NCBI GenBank assembly: GCA_965202985.1
Contig: CBDBCF010000002.1
Coordinates: forward strand, 128,001 to 192,000
Source: Longimicrobiales bacterium
GTDB lineage: Bacteria > Gemmatimonadota > Gemmatimonadetes > Longimicrobiales > Gaopeijiaceae
Length of the DNA stretch: 64,000 bases
Direction: 5' to 3'
Shown: piece after piece, positions 20,264 to 30,040 of the stretch
Layout: every line of letters begins with the position of its first letter
Numbering within the stretch: position 1 is the first letter of the stretch
The notes under the pieces: model-generated
What the model was told of the DNA's origin: nothing
The model's input: the letters and a program-made list of their open reading frames with translations, nothing else
Databases searched by the model: none
Program-made: the position numbers and the translations under genes

Positions 20264-21634
20264 TTGCCGGGCTTTCGCGACTTCGCCCCCCAAGACCTCG
20301 CGCTCCGCAACGGCATCTTCGATGCTTGGCGAAGCGCGGCCCGACGCTACGGGTTCCGCGAGTACGACGGGCCTCCGCTGGAGCCGTTGGAGCTGTACGT
20401 GGAGAAGAGCGGGCCGGAGATCGCGGCCCAGCTCTACGAGTTCCAGGACAAGGGGGGTCGGCAGGTCGCGCTGCGTCCCGAGATGACGCCCACCCTGGCC
20501 CGGATGCTGGCCGAGCGAAGCCGAGGGATGGCGAAGCCCGTGCGGTGGTTCTCCGTGCCCCAGCTCTTTCGCTACGAACGAAGCCAGCGCGGCCGGCTGC
20601 GCGAGCACTTCCAGCTCAACGCGGACATCGTGGGCGAGGCGGACGTGTCCGCCGACGTCGAGGTGCTGGCGTTGGCCGTCGATGCGGTTAGGGCGCTGGG
20701 GCTCGGCCAGGCCGACTTCACGGCCCGGGTCAACGACCGTCGGCTGGTGACTGCGGTCTTGGACGCCGTGGGCGTGCCGCCGGAGGGACGCCGTGGGTGC
20801 TTGGCCGTCTTGGACAAGGCGGGCCGCGCGCCTGCGGAGCACAGTCGAAAGCGCCTGCACGAGCTTGGCGTGGACGGTCGCGCGGCGGACGCGATCATGG
20901 AGTTGGCGGCATCGGACGCCGGCGAAGACGCGTGGGGACCGCTCGAACGGCGCTTCGGGCGCGACGCCGGCGTTCGGGAGGCGATGGCCCCCCTGGAGAG
21001 GCACCGCGAACTGGTGGACGCCATGGGGCTGGGCTCGTTCGTCCGCTTCGACTTCGGCATCGTGCGGGGATTGGACTACTACACGGGGATCGTCTTCGAG
21101 CTCTTCGACCGGGCGGGCAAGTTCCGAGCGATCTGCGGCGGCGGGCGGTACGACCGGCTCTTGGAGCTGGTGGGCGGCGACCCGCTGCCGGCGGTCGGAT
21201 TCGGCATGGGCGACGTGGTGCTGGGCGAGCTGCTGCGGGACCGGGGGCTGGCGCCCCTGGGCGGCGCGGAGTGCGACTACTTCGTGGTCTGGGTGGAGTC
21301 GGCGCAGCAAGCCGCCGCGCTGAAGGTGGCTCGCGAGCTGCGGGAAGCGGGATACTCGGTGCTGTATGGGTTGCGTTCGCTGGGGGTGGGCAAGCAGCTC
21401 AAGGCGGCCGCCCGGGCCGGCGCCGCCCACGCCGTGGTGATCGGCCCGGAGGAGCTGGCGAGCGGCTTGGCCACCGTTCGGGACATGAGGACCGGCGAGC
21501 AGGAATCGCGACCGATGAACGCCGTGGCGCCCGATTCGGCCTTGTCTGCATCCGACTCGGCTGTGGTCTTGCCCGACTCGGCAGCCTCCGCATCCGACCC
21601 GGCCTTGCCCGGAACGTCCGGGGCGTCTCGATGA
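20264..21634 (+). CDS. hisS: Histidine--tRNA ligase
   Basis: PGFRDF, LRPEMTP, FRYER.QRGRLREHFQ, RGLDYYTG, GGGRYD, AVGFGMG; start uncertain (see findings). Confidence 0.96.
   Translation: MPGFRDFAPQDLALRNGIFDAWRSAARRYGFREYDGPPLEPLELYVEKSGPEIAAQLYEFQDKGGRQVALRPEMTPTLARMLAERSRGMAKPVRWFSVPQLFRYERSQRGRLREHFQLNADIVGEADVSADVEVLALAVDAVRALGLGQADFTARVNDRRLVTAVLDAVGVPPEGRRGCLAVLDKAGRAPAEHSRKRLHELGVDGRAADAIMELAASDAGEDAWGPLERRFGRDAGVREAMAPLERHRELVDAMGLGSFVRFDFGIVRGLDYYTGIVFELFDRAGKFRAICGGGRYDRLLELVGGDPLPAVGFGMGDVVLGELLRDRGLAPLGGAECDYFVVWVESAQQAAALKVARELREAGYSVLYGLRSLGVGKQLKAAARAGAAHAVVIGPEELASGLATVRDMRTGEQESRPMNAVAPDSALSASDSAVVLPDSAASASDPALPGTSGASR
21530..21612 (+). repeat. Degenerate 21-nt tandem repeat in the hisS 3' end
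   Basis: Encodes PDSALSA-SDSAVVL-PDSAASA-SDPALPG; ccga(t/c)tcggc recurs at 21-nt spacing. Confidence 0.6.
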
Positions 21635-21957
21635 AGGGCTCGGCGAGCGACCACCGGGCCGTTCGGGCCGTCATGAAGCGCGCCGTGCGTCGGCTGGGCG
21701 TTCTGGAGGCGCTTGTGCTGGCCGCGGCGGCTGCGGCGTCCCTTGTCGGCGGCGCCCTTGCGGCGTTCCTGGCCCAGAGCGCGTTCGGTCTTCCGTTCAG
21801 ACCCGCTTGGGCGGCGGCTTCCTTATTGTTGTTCGTGGTGCCGGGGCTGGCGGCCCTGGCGCGAAATGCTCGCTCGGCGGCGGGGAAGGCTTCTTCCGGC
21901 GGCGGCGCGACGGCACCGGAAACGGAAGGCGGACGATGGCGAAGCGGAAAGGGCTGA
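21631..21957 (+). CDS. Small hypothetical membrane protein (two TM helices)
   Basis: ATGA overlap with hisS stop; two hydrophobic stretches; fills the gap to proS. Confidence 0.65.
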   Translation: MKGSASDHRAVRAVMKRAVRRLGVLEALVLAAAAAASLVGGALAAFLAQSAFGLPFRPAWAAASLLLFVVPGLAALARNARSAAGKASSGGGATAPETEGGRWRSGKG

Positions 21958-23402
21958 CCCCCCGTTCCCAGGACTTCAGCGCTTGGTACAACGAGGTCGT
22001 GCAGCAGGCCGAGCTGGCCGACTACTCGCCCGTGCGCGGCAGCATGGTCATCCGGCCGTGGGGCTTCGCGATCTGGGAGCACATGCAGCGGGCGCTGGAC
22101 GACATGTTCAAGGCCACGGGCCACAGCAACGCCTACTTCCCGCTCCTGATCCCGATGAGCTTCATCGAGCGCGAGAAGGAGCACGTGGAGGGCTTCAAGC
22201 CCGAGCTGGCCGTGGTGACCCACGCGGGCGGCAAGGAGCTGGACGAGCCCTACGTGATCCGTCCCACGTCCGAGACGATCATCTACGCCATGTACGCCAA
22301 GTGGGTGCAGAGCTACCGCGACCTGCCGATCCTGCTGAACCAGTGGGGCAACGTCATGCGCTGGGAGCTGCGCACGCGCCTCTTCCTGCGCACGGCCGAG
22401 TTCCTGTGGCAGGAGGGCCACACCGCCCACGCCACCGAGGACGAGGCCGAAACCGAAGCCCAGTCGATCCTGCAGGTGTACCGGACGTTCATGGAGGACT
22501 GGATGGCGATGCCGCCGGTGACCGGCGTCAAGAGCGACGCCGAGAAGTTCGCAGGCGCGGTGCGCAGCTACGCCTGCGAGGCGCTCATGCAGGACAACAA
22601 GGCCCTGCAGGCCGCCACGTCGCACATGCTGGGGCAGAACTTCGCGCGCCAGTTCGGCCTGACCTTCCAGAGCGAGGAGGGCAGAGAGGAGTACGCCTGG
22701 AACACCTCGTGGGGCGCCTCCACGCGCCTGGTGGGCGGACTGGTCATGACCCACGGCGACGACGCGGGCGTGGTCGTGCCTCCCAAGCTGGCTGCCACGC
22801 AGGTCGTGGTCGTGCCGATCTCCCGCAACGACGAGCAGGCGGCAAGCGCGGCGGAGGCCGCGGCGCGGGTCGTGAAGGCGCTGACCGACGCGGGCGTTCG
22901 GGCTGCCGCCGACGACCGGCGCCACCTGTCGCCCGGGGCCAAGTTCTTCGAGTGGGAGCGCAAGGGCGTGCCCGTGCGGGTCGAGATCGGGCCGCGCGAC
23001 CTGGAGCGGGGCGAGGTCGTGGTGGCGCCCCGGATGTCGGCGGACGAGGGTCGCCCCGCCAAGGAGACGCTGCCCGAGGCCGCCGCGGTCCAGCAGATGC
23101 CGGGTCGCCTGGACGCACTGCAGGCCGGGTTGCTGGAGGCCGCCCGCGCCCGGCGTGACTCGGCCACCGTGCGACGGGACGTGTCGTCCGTGGAGGAGCT
23201 GAACGACCTGCTGGACCAAGGGGCGGGGTTCGTCTTCACGGGGTGGAGCGGCGATCCGGCGGTCGAAGAGCGCGCCAAGGAGGTCGCCAAGGCCACGATC
23301 CGGGTCGTCCCCGACCCCGAGTTCCGTTCACCAGAGGCGCCTGTCCGCTGTCCGGGCGGGGGCAAGTCCCGCATGGAGGTGGCGTGGGCGAGGGCGTACT
23401 GA
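21936..23402 (+). CDS. proS: Proline--tRNA ligase (archaeal/eukaryotic-like type, no INS domain)
   Basis: DFSAWY, IRPTSET, FLRTAEFLWQEGHT, SHMLGQNF, SWGASTR; C-terminal ARAY. Confidence 0.97.
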   Translation: MAKRKGLTPRSQDFSAWYNEVVQQAELADYSPVRGSMVIRPWGFAIWEHMQRALDDMFKATGHSNAYFPLLIPMSFIEREKEHVEGFKPELAVVTHAGGKELDEPYVIRPTSETIIYAMYAKWVQSYRDLPILLNQWGNVMRWELRTRLFLRTAEFLWQEGHTAHATEDEAETEAQSILQVYRTFMEDWMAMPPVTGVKSDAEKFAGAVRSYACEALMQDNKALQAATSHMLGQNFARQFGLTFQSEEGREEYAWNTSWGASTRLVGGLVMTHGDDAGVVVPPKLAATQVVVVPISRNDEQAASAAEAAARVVKALTDAGVRAAADDRRHLSPGAKFFEWERKGVPVRVEIGPRDLERGEVVVAPRMSADEGRPAKETLPEAAAVQQMPGRLDALQAGLLEAARARRDSATVRRDVSSVEELNDLLDQGAGFVFTGWSGDPAVEERAKEVAKATIRVVPDPEFRSPEAPVRCPGGGKSRMEVAWARAY

Positions 23403-24802
23403 CGGAGCGCTTGCCGAGCACGGACCGGCCCGTCGCCGACGAAGCCCCGCCCGGTGGCTTCGTTCGCCCGAACCGCGCGCTTCGCGGCGGGGCCGTGCCG
23501 CTGGAGGAGTTGGCCCGTCGCCACGGGACGCCCCTGTTCGTTTACGACGGCGACCGGGTCTTGGCGCGACTGGCGGCCTTGCGCGAAGCCTTCGCCCCGA
23601 TGCGCCCGCTGGTGGCCTACTCGGTCAAGGCCAACCCGAATTTGGCGGTGCTGGAGTTGCTGGCCGGCGCCGGCGCCGGCGCGGACATCGTGAGCGGCGG
23701 CGAACTGTACCGTTGCCTGCGGGCGGGGGTTCCGGCCGACAAGATCGTCTATGCGGGGGTGGGCAAGACCCGCAGCGAGATGAGGGACGCCCTGGAGGCC
23801 GGCATCAAGTCCTTCCACGTGGAGAGCGCGCCGGAGATGGAGGCGCTGGGCAGCTTGGCCGTCGAGATGGGCCGGCCGGCGCCGATCGGCGTTCGGGTCA
23901 ACCCCGACGTGGCCAGTCCCACCCACGAGTACACGCGGACCGGCCACGCCGCCGCCAAGTTCGGCGTAGCGCCCGAGCAGGCCGTCGCTCTGTACCGCCG
24001 CGCCGCCGCCCACGACGCCCTTCGCCCCGTGGGGATCGATGTCCATGTCGGGTCGCAGATCCGCGAACCGGAGCCGTTCCTGCGGGCCTTGGACGTAGTC
24101 CTGGAGGTGGCGAACCTGGCCGAGCGCGAGGCCGGCGTTGCGCTCGAGTACGTGGACATGGGCGGCGGCTTCGGGATCGCGGACGGCAAGGGCGGCGAAC
24201 TCGATCTGGCGGCTTTGGGAGAGCAGGTCGCGGCCCGGCTGGCGGGGTCGGACAGGGCACTGGTCGTCGAGCCGGGGCGCTTCCTGGTGGGCGACGCCGG
24301 CGTGCTTCTGACCCGAGTCCTCTACGTGAAGCGGAGCGCCGGCAAGACCTTCGTGGTCACGGACGCCGGGATGACCGAGCTGATCCGGCCCAGCCACTAC
24401 GGGGGCGTTCACGGCATCTCGCCGGCGAGCCGACCTCCGCTCGAGTTCGGGGCCGAAGACGAACCCGGTCCGCGGTGCCGACCCTCCAAGCCCGGCGGTG
24501 GCCCGGAGCCCGAGCCCGACCCGGGGCCCGGCGGCGGCCCGGGCCGGCGCATGGAGACGGTGGACGTGGTGGGGCCGGTGTGCGAGCAAGGGGACTTTCT
24601 GGCGCGCGACCGGGTGATGACCGTTCCCGAACCGGGGGCGATCCTGTGCGTCCACCAAGCCGGCGCCTATGCGTTCGCCATGGCCTCGAACTACAACTCC
24701 CGCCCGCGGCCAGCGGAGGTCCTGGTGCGCGCGGGCGAAGCCGCCTTGGTGCGCCGTCGCGAGCGCTTCAGCGACCTGGTGCGGGGAGAGGTTCATGCCT
24801 GA
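23384..24802 (+). CDS. lysA: Diaminopimelate decarboxylase
   Basis: YSVKAN (PLP lysine), [40 protein letters not shown] start with GGAGG upstream. Confidence 0.95.
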   Translation: MGEGVLTERLPSTDRPVADEAPPGGFVRPNRALRGGAVPLEELARRHGTPLFVYDGDRVLARLAALREAFAPMRPLVAYSVKANPNLAVLELLAGAGAGADIVSGGELYRCLRAGVPADKIVYAGVGKTRSEMRDALEAGIKSFHVESAPEMEALGSLAVEMGRPAPIGVRVNPDVASPTHEYTRTGHAAAKFGVAPEQAVALYRRAAAHDALRPVGIDVHVGSQIREPEPFLRALDVVLEVANLAEREAGVALEYVDMGGGFGIADGKGGELDLAALGEQVAARLAGSDRALVVEPGRFLVGDAGVLLTRVLYVKRSAGKTFVVTDAGMTELIRPSHYGGVHGISPASRPPLEFGAEDEPGPRCRPSKPGGGPEPEPDPGPGGGPGRRMETVDVVGPVCEQGDFLARDRVMTVPEPGAILCVHQAGAYAFAMASNYNSRPRPAEVLVRAGEAALVRRRERFSDLVRGEVHA

Positions 24803-26384
24803 CGTTCCCGCCCGCCACGACCGCATTCTGGTGCTGGACTACGGCTCGCAGTTCACGCAGCTCATCGCGCGCCGCATCCGCGAAGCCAAGGTCTACTGCG
24901 AAATCCACCCGCCCACGCGCACGCTGGAGTGGATGCGCGAGTGGGACCCCCAGGGAATCGTCCTGTCCGGCGGACCATCGTCCGTGTACGACCACGCCGG
25001 TCCGGGACTGGCGCCCGGCCTGACGACGATGGGCGTGCCCGTGCTGGGCATCTGCTACGGGATGCAGCTCCTGGCCCGCAGCGAGGGCGGCACGGTCGTT
25101 CCCGGCAAGCGCGAGTACGGCCGCGCCACGCTGCGCGTCCACTGCGGGGACGACCCGACCGGCGGGGACGGAGAGCTCTTTCACGGCTTCAGGAACGACG
25201 CCGCACCCGACGAAGTCGTCGTCTGGTGTTCGCACGGCGACCACGTGGACGAACCCCCGCCCGGCTTCGATGTGCTCGCGTCCACGGCGGACTTGCCCGT
25301 GGCCGCGTTCCGGGCGCGAGATCGCCCCCTCTACGGCGTGCAGTTCCATCCCGAGGTGGCCCACACGCCACGGGGCGACGAGATCCTGGCCAACTTCCTG
25401 TTCCGCGTCTGCGGCTGCGCGGCGGACTGGACGCCTGGCGCCTTCGTGGCAGAGTCGGTGGCGCGCATCCGCGACGCCGTGGGCGGCGAGCAGGTCGTCT
25501 GCGGCCTGTCGGGCGGCGTGGACTCGTCGGTGGCGGCGGCCCTGGTGCACCGGGCCGTGGGCGACCAGCTGACCAGCGTGTTCGTGGACACGGGTCTGTT
25601 GCGCGAGAACGAACGCGCCGACCTGGAGGCTCTCTTCCGGGGCCGCGTCGGCATGCGGCTGCTGGTCGTGGACGCCGCCGCCGAGTTCCTGGCGGCCTTG
25701 GAGGGCGTGGCCGACCCGGAGGCCAAGCGGAAGGCCGTGGGCGAGGTCTTCATCCGCATCTTCGAGCGGGTCGCCCGAGAGCAGTGCGCCGGCGCTCGGT
25801 TCCTGGTGCAGGGCACGATCTACCCGGACGTGATCGAGTCCGCCCCGGTCCACGGTCCCTCGGCGGTCATCAAGAGCCACCACAACGTGGGCGGGCTGCC
25901 CGACGACTTGGCCTTCGAGCTGGTGGAGCCCGTGCGCGAACTCTTCAAGGACGAAGTGCGCGAAGTGGGCCGCGCCCTGGGGCTCCACGAGGAGTTCGTG
26001 CGCCGCCATCCGTTTCCCGGACCGGGGCTGGCGATCCGGGTGCTCGGCCCCGTGTCGGAAGACCGGCTTGCCGTCCTCCGGCGGGCCGACGCCATCTACA
26101 TGGAGGAGATTCGGGCCGCCGGCGTGTACGACGACATCTGGCAGGCGTTCGCCGTCTTGCTGCCGGTGCGCACCGTGGGCGTCATGGGAGACGCCCGCAG
26201 CTACGAGAACGCGGTGGCGCTGCGGGCCGTCGGTTCCCGAGACGGCATGACCGCGGACTGGTACCCCTTCGAGCCCGAGTTCCTGGCCCGCGTCTCGACC
26301 CGCATCATCAACGAGGTGAAGGGCGTGAACCGCGTGGCCTACGACATCAGCTCGAAGCCGCCGGCCACGATCGAGTGGGAGTAG
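24795..26384 (+). CDS. guaA: GMP synthase (glutamine-hydrolysing)
   Basis: [50 protein letters not shown]. Confidence 0.98.
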   Translation: MPDVPARHDRILVLDYGSQFTQLIARRIREAKVYCEIHPPTRTLEWMREWDPQGIVLSGGPSSVYDHAGPGLAPGLTTMGVPVLGICYGMQLLARSEGGTVVPGKREYGRATLRVHCGDDPTGGDGELFHGFRNDAAPDEVVVWCSHGDHVDEPPPGFDVLASTADLPVAAFRARDRPLYGVQFHPEVAHTPRGDEILANFLFRVCGCAADWTPGAFVAESVARIRDAVGGEQVVCGLSGGVDSSVAAALVHRAVGDQLTSVFVDTGLLRENERADLEALFRGRVGMRLLVVDAAAEFLAALEGVADPEAKRKAVGEVFIRIFERVAREQCAGARFLVQGTIYPDVIESAPVHGPSAVIKSHHNVGGLPDDLAFELVEPVRELFKDEVREVGRALGLHEEFVRRHPFPGPGLAIRVLGPVSEDRLAVLRRADAIYMEEIRAAGVYDDIWQAFAVLLPVRTVGVMGDARSYENAVALRAVGSRDGMTADWYPFEPEFLARVSTRIINEVKGVNRVAYDISSKPPATIEWE

Positions 26385-26422
26385 CTTCCCGATGGGGCGC
26401 GGCCCGGCGACGGGACACGGCG

Positions 26423-27277
26423 TTGGAGTCCCGCGGGTCGGCTCCGGTTCGGATCACGGTCGTGCTCTCCACCTACCAGCAGCCGGAGTGGCTCGAGAAG
26501 TCCCTGTGGGGCTACGCGCGCCAGCGGCTTCGCGACTTCGAGCTGATCGTGGCCGACGACGGCTCGTCCGAGGAGACGGCGCGGGTCGTCAAGCGCTGCC
26601 GGAATGCGCTGGCCGCGGAGGTGCGGCATCTGTGGCAGGAGGACCGCGGCTTTCGCAAGTGCCGCATTCTCAACAAGGCGATCCGGGCAGCACGCGGCAA
26701 CTATCTCGTCTTCTCCGACGGCGACTGCATTCCCCGACAGGACTTCCTGGCCGCTCACGCCGCCGCGGCGCGCCCCGGCCGCTTTCTGTCCGGCGGCTAC
26801 GTGAAGCTGTCCGTTGAAGCCAGCCGCAAGATCGACCGCGCCAGCATCGAGTCCCAGCGCGCCTTTTCCGCCCGCTGGTTGGGACGCGGCGGCCATCCGC
26901 ACAGCCTTCGCAAGCTCCGCGTGCCCGATTGGACCCGACGACCGACCGACCTATTGGCCGCCGGCCGGCCGACGTGGAACGGCCACAACGTGTCCGCATG
27001 GCGAAGCGACGTCCTGGCCGTGAACGGCTTCGACGAGCGCATGGGCTACGGCGGCGAAGACCGCGAGCTGGGCGAACGGTTGGAGAACTTCGGCGTGCGG
27101 GGCCTGCGCGTGCGCTACCGAGCCTTGTGCGTCCATCTGGAGCACCCTCGCGAATACGTGGACGCCGACGGGCTCGCCGAAAACCTGGCCATCCGGCGCG
27201 AGACGCAGGCTGAACGACGGACGTGGTCGGACTACGGCATCGACAAGTCGGCGCCCCCACACCCAGTTGAAGGCTGA
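26423..27277 (+). CDS. Glycosyltransferase family 2
   Basis: VVLSTY, IVADDGS, WQEDRGFRK, FSDGDC, VNGFDE...YGGEDRE; start uncertain. Confidence 0.88.
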   Translation: MESRGSAPVRITVVLSTYQQPEWLEKSLWGYARQRLRDFELIVADDGSSEETARVVKRCRNALAAEVRHLWQEDRGFRKCRILNKAIRAARGNYLVFSDGDCIPRQDFLAAHAAAARPGRFLSGGYVKLSVEASRKIDRASIESQRAFSARWLGRGGHPHSLRKLRVPDWTRRPTDLLAAGRPTWNGHNVSAWRSDVLAVNGFDERMGYGGEDRELGERLENFGVRGLRVRYRALCVHLEHPREYVDADGLAENLAIRRETQAERRTWSDYGIDKSAPPHPVEG

Positions 27278-27302
27278 CACGCGAACGGCCCAACGAGCAG
27301 GG

Positions 27303-27330
27303 TTGACCCCAGGGCCGCGTGTGGTAGCTT
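27303..27330 (+). promoter_or_regulatory. Putative sigma70 promoter of rplU-rpmA
   Basis: TTGACC-N16-TAGCTT with an extended -10 TGn. Confidence 0.5.
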
Positions 27331-27362
27331 CAGGTCTCTCCAATCCTCGACAAGGAACGGTC

Positions 27363-27674
27363 ATGTTTGCGGTATTCAGAACCGGCGGCAAGCAGTTTCG
27401 GGCGGAACCGGGAGCGACGCTGCTGGTGCCCAGCCTGGAAGCCGAGCCGGGAAGCACGGTGACCTTCGACGATGTCCTTCTCGCGTCCGAGGGCGACCGC
27501 ATCTCCGTGGGCGCACCGACGGTGGAGGGCGCCAAGGTCACGGCAAAGGTGCTGGCCCACGACCGGACCAAGAAGATCATCGTGTTCAAGCGCAAGCGTC
27601 GGAAGAAGTACCGGCGGAAGCAGGGTCATCGCCAAGGCTTCACCGTCGTGCGCGTGGCCGAGATCGTCACCTAG
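27363..27674 (+). CDS. rplU: 50S ribosomal protein L21
   Basis: [12 protein letters not shown]...[21 protein letters not shown]. Confidence 0.98.
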   Translation: MFAVFRTGGKQFRAEPGATLLVPSLEAEPGSTVTFDDVLLASEGDRISVGAPTVEGAKVTAKVLAHDRTKKIIVFKRKRRKKYRRKQGHRQGFTVVRVAEIVT

Positions 27675-27694
27675 CCGCAAGGACGGGCGAAGAA

Positions 27695-27958
27695 ATGGCT
27701 CACAAGAAAGGCGTCGGGTCTTCTAGGAACGGCCGCGACAGCAACCCGAACCGGCTGGGCGTCAAGCGCTACGCCGGCGAGCGGGTTCGCGCGGGCAACA
27801 TCTTGGTCCGCCAGCGGGGCACGCGGTTCCACCCCGGCGCCAACGTGGGTCGGGGCAAGGACGACACGCTCTTCGCCAAGGCCGACGGGGTCGTGAAGTT
27901 CGAGAACCTGCGCCGTCGGCGCGTCGTGTCGGTGTACGGCGAAAGCGTCGCCGTCTAG
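27695..27958 (+). CDS. rpmA: 50S ribosomal protein L27
   Basis: [16 protein letters not shown]...[10 protein letters not shown]. Confidence 0.99.
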   Translation: MAHKKGVGSSRNGRDSNPNRLGVKRYAGERVRAGNILVRQRGTRFHPGANVGRGKDDTLFAKADGVVKFENLRRRRVVSVYGESVAV

Positions 27959-28296
27959 CTCCGGCGTCGGTCGTCCGGCGGGACCTTTCTCGTCGCTGGG
28001 ACCTCCTCGGGTTCCTCCCGCGCCTGTTGCGCCTGCTGCTCGGCGCGGGCCGCGGCCATCAGCTTCCACACCAGTTCGCGCACGAGTTCCTCTTCCAGGC
28101 CCGCTTCCCGGGCCATCTCGGCGGCCCGCCGCGCCACCGTGGCCTCCCTGGCGGGATCGGTCACCGGCAACCCCAGCCGGCGCTTCGCCGCCCCGATCCT
28201 GTGCACGAGCGCGCGACGACGGGCCATGACGGCCACCAAGTCGCGGTCGCACTGAAGGACCTCTTCGCGCAGGCGCGCCAGCTCCGAGTCAGACAC
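27955..28296 (-). CDS. Chorismate mutase (AroQ/type II)
   Basis: [17 protein letters not shown].....[18 protein letters not shown]; start overlaps the symporter stop. Confidence 0.8.
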   Translation of the reverse strand: MSDSELARLREEVLQCDRDLVAVMARRRALVHRIGAAKRRLGLPVTDPAREATVARRAAEMAREAGLEEELVRELVWKLMAAARAEQQAQQAREEPEEVPATRKVPPDDRRRS

Positions 28297-29749
28297 GGAC
28301 GAAGCTCTCCACGTGGTCTTCGTCCTGCGGCTTGCCGGCAAGGCTGACCGCCAGCAGGACGGGAACGTGCACGAGCAGGCCCAGCACGCCTTCGTGAAGG
28401 CCCAGCGGCTTGAGCCCCGGGTTGAGGAAGAAGAATATGGCGGTGACCGCGCCGGCGATCAGGCCCGTCGCCACGCCCGCCGTCGTGGCGCGCTTCCAGT
28501 ACATGGCCGCCAGCATCGACGGCATGAACTGGCAGACGATCCCGTACGAGGCCAGCAGCAGCTCCACCAGCGAACTCTCGTTCAGGGCGAAGCCGTACGC
28601 GGTTGCGCCCACGGCGACCACCAAGACGCGCATCAGAACGCGGCGAGCCTTGTCCGAGAGCGGTCGGAAGGGCTGCACGCCGTCTTCCACGACCACCGAC
28701 GCCCCGGCATGAAGGAGCGCGTCGCCCGTGGACATCGAGGCCGAGAGCGCGCCGGCGCAGAAGAGGCCGACCACCAGCGCAGGCAGGTCGGTGCGCAGGA
28801 TCAAGAACGGCAGGATGAAGTCGGACCGGTCCGGCGATTCGGGGAACATCACGCCGGCGAAGCCGATGAGGAAGACCGGGATCAAGAAGAGCTGGAAAGT
28901 GGGGAAGAGGACGACGGTGCGCCGGATCGTGCGGTCGTCCCTGGCGGTGAACGCCTTCATGAACAGGTGGGGCAGCATCGTGAAGCCGACGGCGCTCACC
29001 AAGATGGAGGTCGAGTAGGCGCCCCAGCTCCAGGGGTTGCCGGCGGCGTCCAGTCCGGGAAGGGCGAGCAGCTCGGGCCGGGCCTCGAGTATCTGGCTGA
29101 ACATGGCGCCCGTTCCGCCGTAGAGCTTCTGCGGAAGATAGAGCCCCAGCGTCCACGCGATCGCCAGCATGAACACGCCCTGGAAGGTGTTCGTCCACCC
29201 CACCGCCGACACGCCGCTGGCCAGCACGTAGACCATGACCACGCCGTACGCCAGCGCGGCGCCGGCCCACAGCGGAATGCGTCCGTCGGTCACGGCCTCG
29301 ATGACGATCCCCGCCCCCCTGATCTGGATCGTGACGTAGGGCACGAACGCCGCCAGCGTCAGGACGGCCATCAGCGCGGACAACCCCTTGGACGGGAAGC
29401 GTCCCGTCAGCAGCTGCGCTTGAGTGACGAACCCGAAGCGGCGTCCCAGCGCGGCGGCCTTGGGTCCCAGCGCGTACCACGGCGCCATGCCAAGGGCCCC
29501 GTACGACAAGATGTAGAAGGCGGCGGCGCCCCTGGAGTAGGCCCAGCCCGGACCGCCCAGGAACGCGAACGCGGAGAACACCGACGCCCCGGTGATGAAG
29601 TACATGACCAGCAACCCGAAGTCCCGATCGCCTGCCACGTACCCCTGCACGCTCTTCGATGCGCGCCGGCCCGCCGCCAACCCGACGGCCAGCGTCGCAG
29701 CCAAGTACGCGAAGACGACGACCGCGATCAGTCCGAAGTTATCCGACAT
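28289..29749 (-). CDS. Sodium:solute symporter family protein
   Basis: Many TM helices; YVAGDR, ASVFSAFAFLGGPG, WTNTFQG, GALSASMST. Confidence 0.93.
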   Translation of the reverse strand: MSDNFGLIAVVVFAYLAATLAVGLAAGRRASKSVQGYVAGDRDFGLLVMYFITGASVFSAFAFLGGPGWAYSRGAAAFYILSYGALGMAPWYALGPKAAALGRRFGFVTQAQLLTGRFPSKGLSALMAVLTLAAFVPYVTIQIRGAGIVIEAVTDGRIPLWAGAALAYGVVMVYVLASGVSAVGWTNTFQGVFMLAIAWTLGLYLPQKLYGGTGAMFSQILEARPELLALPGLDAAGNPWSWGAYSTSILVSAVGFTMLPHLFMKAFTARDDRTIRRTVVLFPTFQLFLIPVFLIGFAGVMFPESPDRSDFILPFLILRTDLPALVVGLFCAGALSASMSTGDALLHAGASVVVEDGVQPFRPLSDKARRVLMRVLVVAVGATAYGFALNESSLVELLLASYGIVCQFMPSMLAAMYWKRATTAGVATGLIAGAVTAIFFFLNPGLKPLGLHEGVLGLLVHVPVLLAVSLAGKPQDEDHVESFVRV

Positions 29750-29987
29750 CGGCTTCGGTGCGGGTGGGCGCGCGTTCGCGGCGGGCGTCCCGGCTGCGAG
29801 CGGCGTCCAGGCGCCACATGACCAGGAGGCTGGCCACGATCCACGCCGCGACCCACGCCATCTGCCGGGGCAGCCCCAGCACAAAGGGGGCGGGCGCGTT
29901 CACCAGAGCCTGGCCCGGCCACGTCACGGCGACGGCGAACAGGATGTGGCAGCACCAGGCGACTCGGCGCCAAGCGGGGTAGGGCAT
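29739..29987 (-). CDS. Small two-TM symporter accessory protein (DUF3311-like)
   Basis: WP....N...PFVLGLP...AW motif; overlaps the SSS start. Confidence 0.7.
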   Translation of the reverse strand: MPYPAWRRVAWCCHILFAVAVTWPGQALVNAPAPFVLGLPRQMAWVAAWIVASLLVMWRLDAARSRDARRERAPTRTEADVG

Positions 29988-30040
29988 TGGATCGGGGGCG
30001 GTCGAGGGCGCGGGGGTTCAGCCGAATATACCTTAGAACC

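Noticed and set aside
26340..26430. guaA 3' end as an integration site
   Set aside because: No integrase follows and I saw no duplicate of the guaA 3' end in the window
27674..27695. No prp/ysxB gene between rplU and rpmA
   Set aside because: L27 starts MAHKKG with no N-terminal extension, so the protease is not needed; ordinary
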